A stretch of DNA of 64,000 nt, taken from contig JBEUKZ010000130.1 of NCBI GenBank assembly GCA_048128005.1, positions 124,001-188,000 of the forward strand, in the 5' to 3' direction. The notes under the pieces were generated by a model. That model had not been told where the DNA came from, made no database searches, and saw nothing but the letters and a program-made list of their open reading frames with translations. The stretch comes from Veleropilina oligotropha. Lineage: Eukaryota. This document shows positions 62,750-64,000 of the stretch, in pieces; the stretch's first letter is position 1, and each line of letters starts with the position of its first letter. Both the position numbers and the translations under genes were made by a program.

Positions 62750-64000
62750 TTTTTGGCTCGCATGCAGCGCAAATGCGAGTCTATGTAATGAGCATGTCGT
62801 CTGGCCATTTGTCCGTCCGTCCGACCGGCGTCAACAATTGGTTCGCCTGTTAAAGTTTTTGGTGAAAGTTTCTCAATCATGCTATATAAGCAACAATATA
62901 CATGTTTTTATATTTCTATATGCTAGATATCACTATATCATCGTTACCTCGTACTAAATAAATAATATTGAAGGTAATTTCCTTCGAATTTCACCATAAA
63001 ATGCTGCTTTTGGACTTAAAGTTAAAGTTATTGGTTAGAGATTCTCAATCATGCTATATAAGCAACAATGTGTTTAGCATTACTATGTGTTGGATATCAC
63101 TATTTCATTGTTATCTGACCATAAATAAATAATATTGAAGATAATTGTGTCCCGGAAACGAAGTTTATGGGGGGGAGGCTATTGGACTCGGCTTGTCTGT
63201 CTGTTGCAAATTCTCTTCCACGCCATATCTACGATAATATTTCGTCTAGAGACACGAATCTTGATGTGTGAATGCATCATAACCCAAAGGTGTGTTGCGT
63301 ACCAAAAGTAGCTCACCGCGACCTACTTTTCACGATTGATCGCACTTGGTTCGAAATTCCCTTCCACTCCATATCTTCCATACTATTTGACCGAGGGACA
63401 CGAAACTTGATGTGTGCATGCATCTTAACCCAAAGGTGTGTTGCGTACCAAAAGTAGGTCACCACGACCTACTTTCCACGCTTACCTGCGTTAGGTCCAA
63501 AATTCCTTTCCACTCCATATCTCCCATGCTATTTGACCTAGAGACACGAAACTTGATGTGTGGATACGTCATAACCCTAAGGTGTGTCGCATACCAAAAG
63601 TAGGTCACTGTGACCTACTTTCCACGCTTGACCACATTCGGTCCAAAATCCCCTTCCACTCCATATCTCCCATACTATTTGACCGAGGGACACGAAACTT
63701 GATGTTTGCAACGTCATATCCCAAAGGTGTGTCGGGTACCAAAAGTAGGTCACTGCGACAGCCTGTTCCTGGGTCAAGTGTTTTGGGGGGGGGGGACTTA
63801 TGTGATAAGTCTAGTTATATGGTCACTTATGGTCACTTATGTGATAAGTCTAGTTAATTCAAATTATGGTCACATATGGTCACTTATGTGATAAGTCTAG
63901 TTAATTCAAATTTCACCATAAAATGCTGCTTTTGGACTTTTTCTCAAGCATGCTATATATGCAACAATAGGCATACTTTGGCATCTTCCTTTGTCAGATA
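62750..64000. mobile_element. Nested Helentron/HINE-like elements (inner one at 63147-63760)
   Basis: T-run, hairpin ctcgcat..atgcgag and (GTCC)n. The inner element has its own hairpin, (CTGT)n and ~140-bp tandem units. Confidence 0.6.

Overview
Repeat-rich animal genomic DNA. The repeat families suggest a marine invertebrate, possibly mollusc-like; the taxon is an inference. Two spliced host genes were reconstructed by hand, both on the minus strand. (1) A stand-alone BPL_N / class-I glutamine-amidotransferase-like gene: 4 coding exons, 17177->12320, about 304 aa, Cys/His/Glu motifs intact, possible mitochondrial presequence, no biotin-ligase catalytic domain. (2) Hikeshi (OPI10/C11orf73 family): 4 coding exons, 59801->32357, 194 aa, spread over 27.4 kb. 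The rest is mobile DNA: a near-full-length L2/CR1-group (Crack-like) LINE, two decayed CR1-like LINEs, Penelope and BEL/Pao fragments, seven copies or fragments of one tRNA-headed SINE family, Helitron/Helentron-type non-autonomous elements and nested MITEs. The most striking pattern is that at least six tandem arrays can be traced to ordinary sequence amplified in place. These are a 12.3-kb 20-bp satellite grown from inside a SINE copy, a 1.5-kb minisatellite copied from the Hikeshi exon-2 end plus splice donor, an array across the BPL_N stop codon, and three arrays made from LINE coding motifs. No CRISPR, rRNA or true tRNA genes were found. Most long ORFs in the ORF track are artefacts of these repeats.
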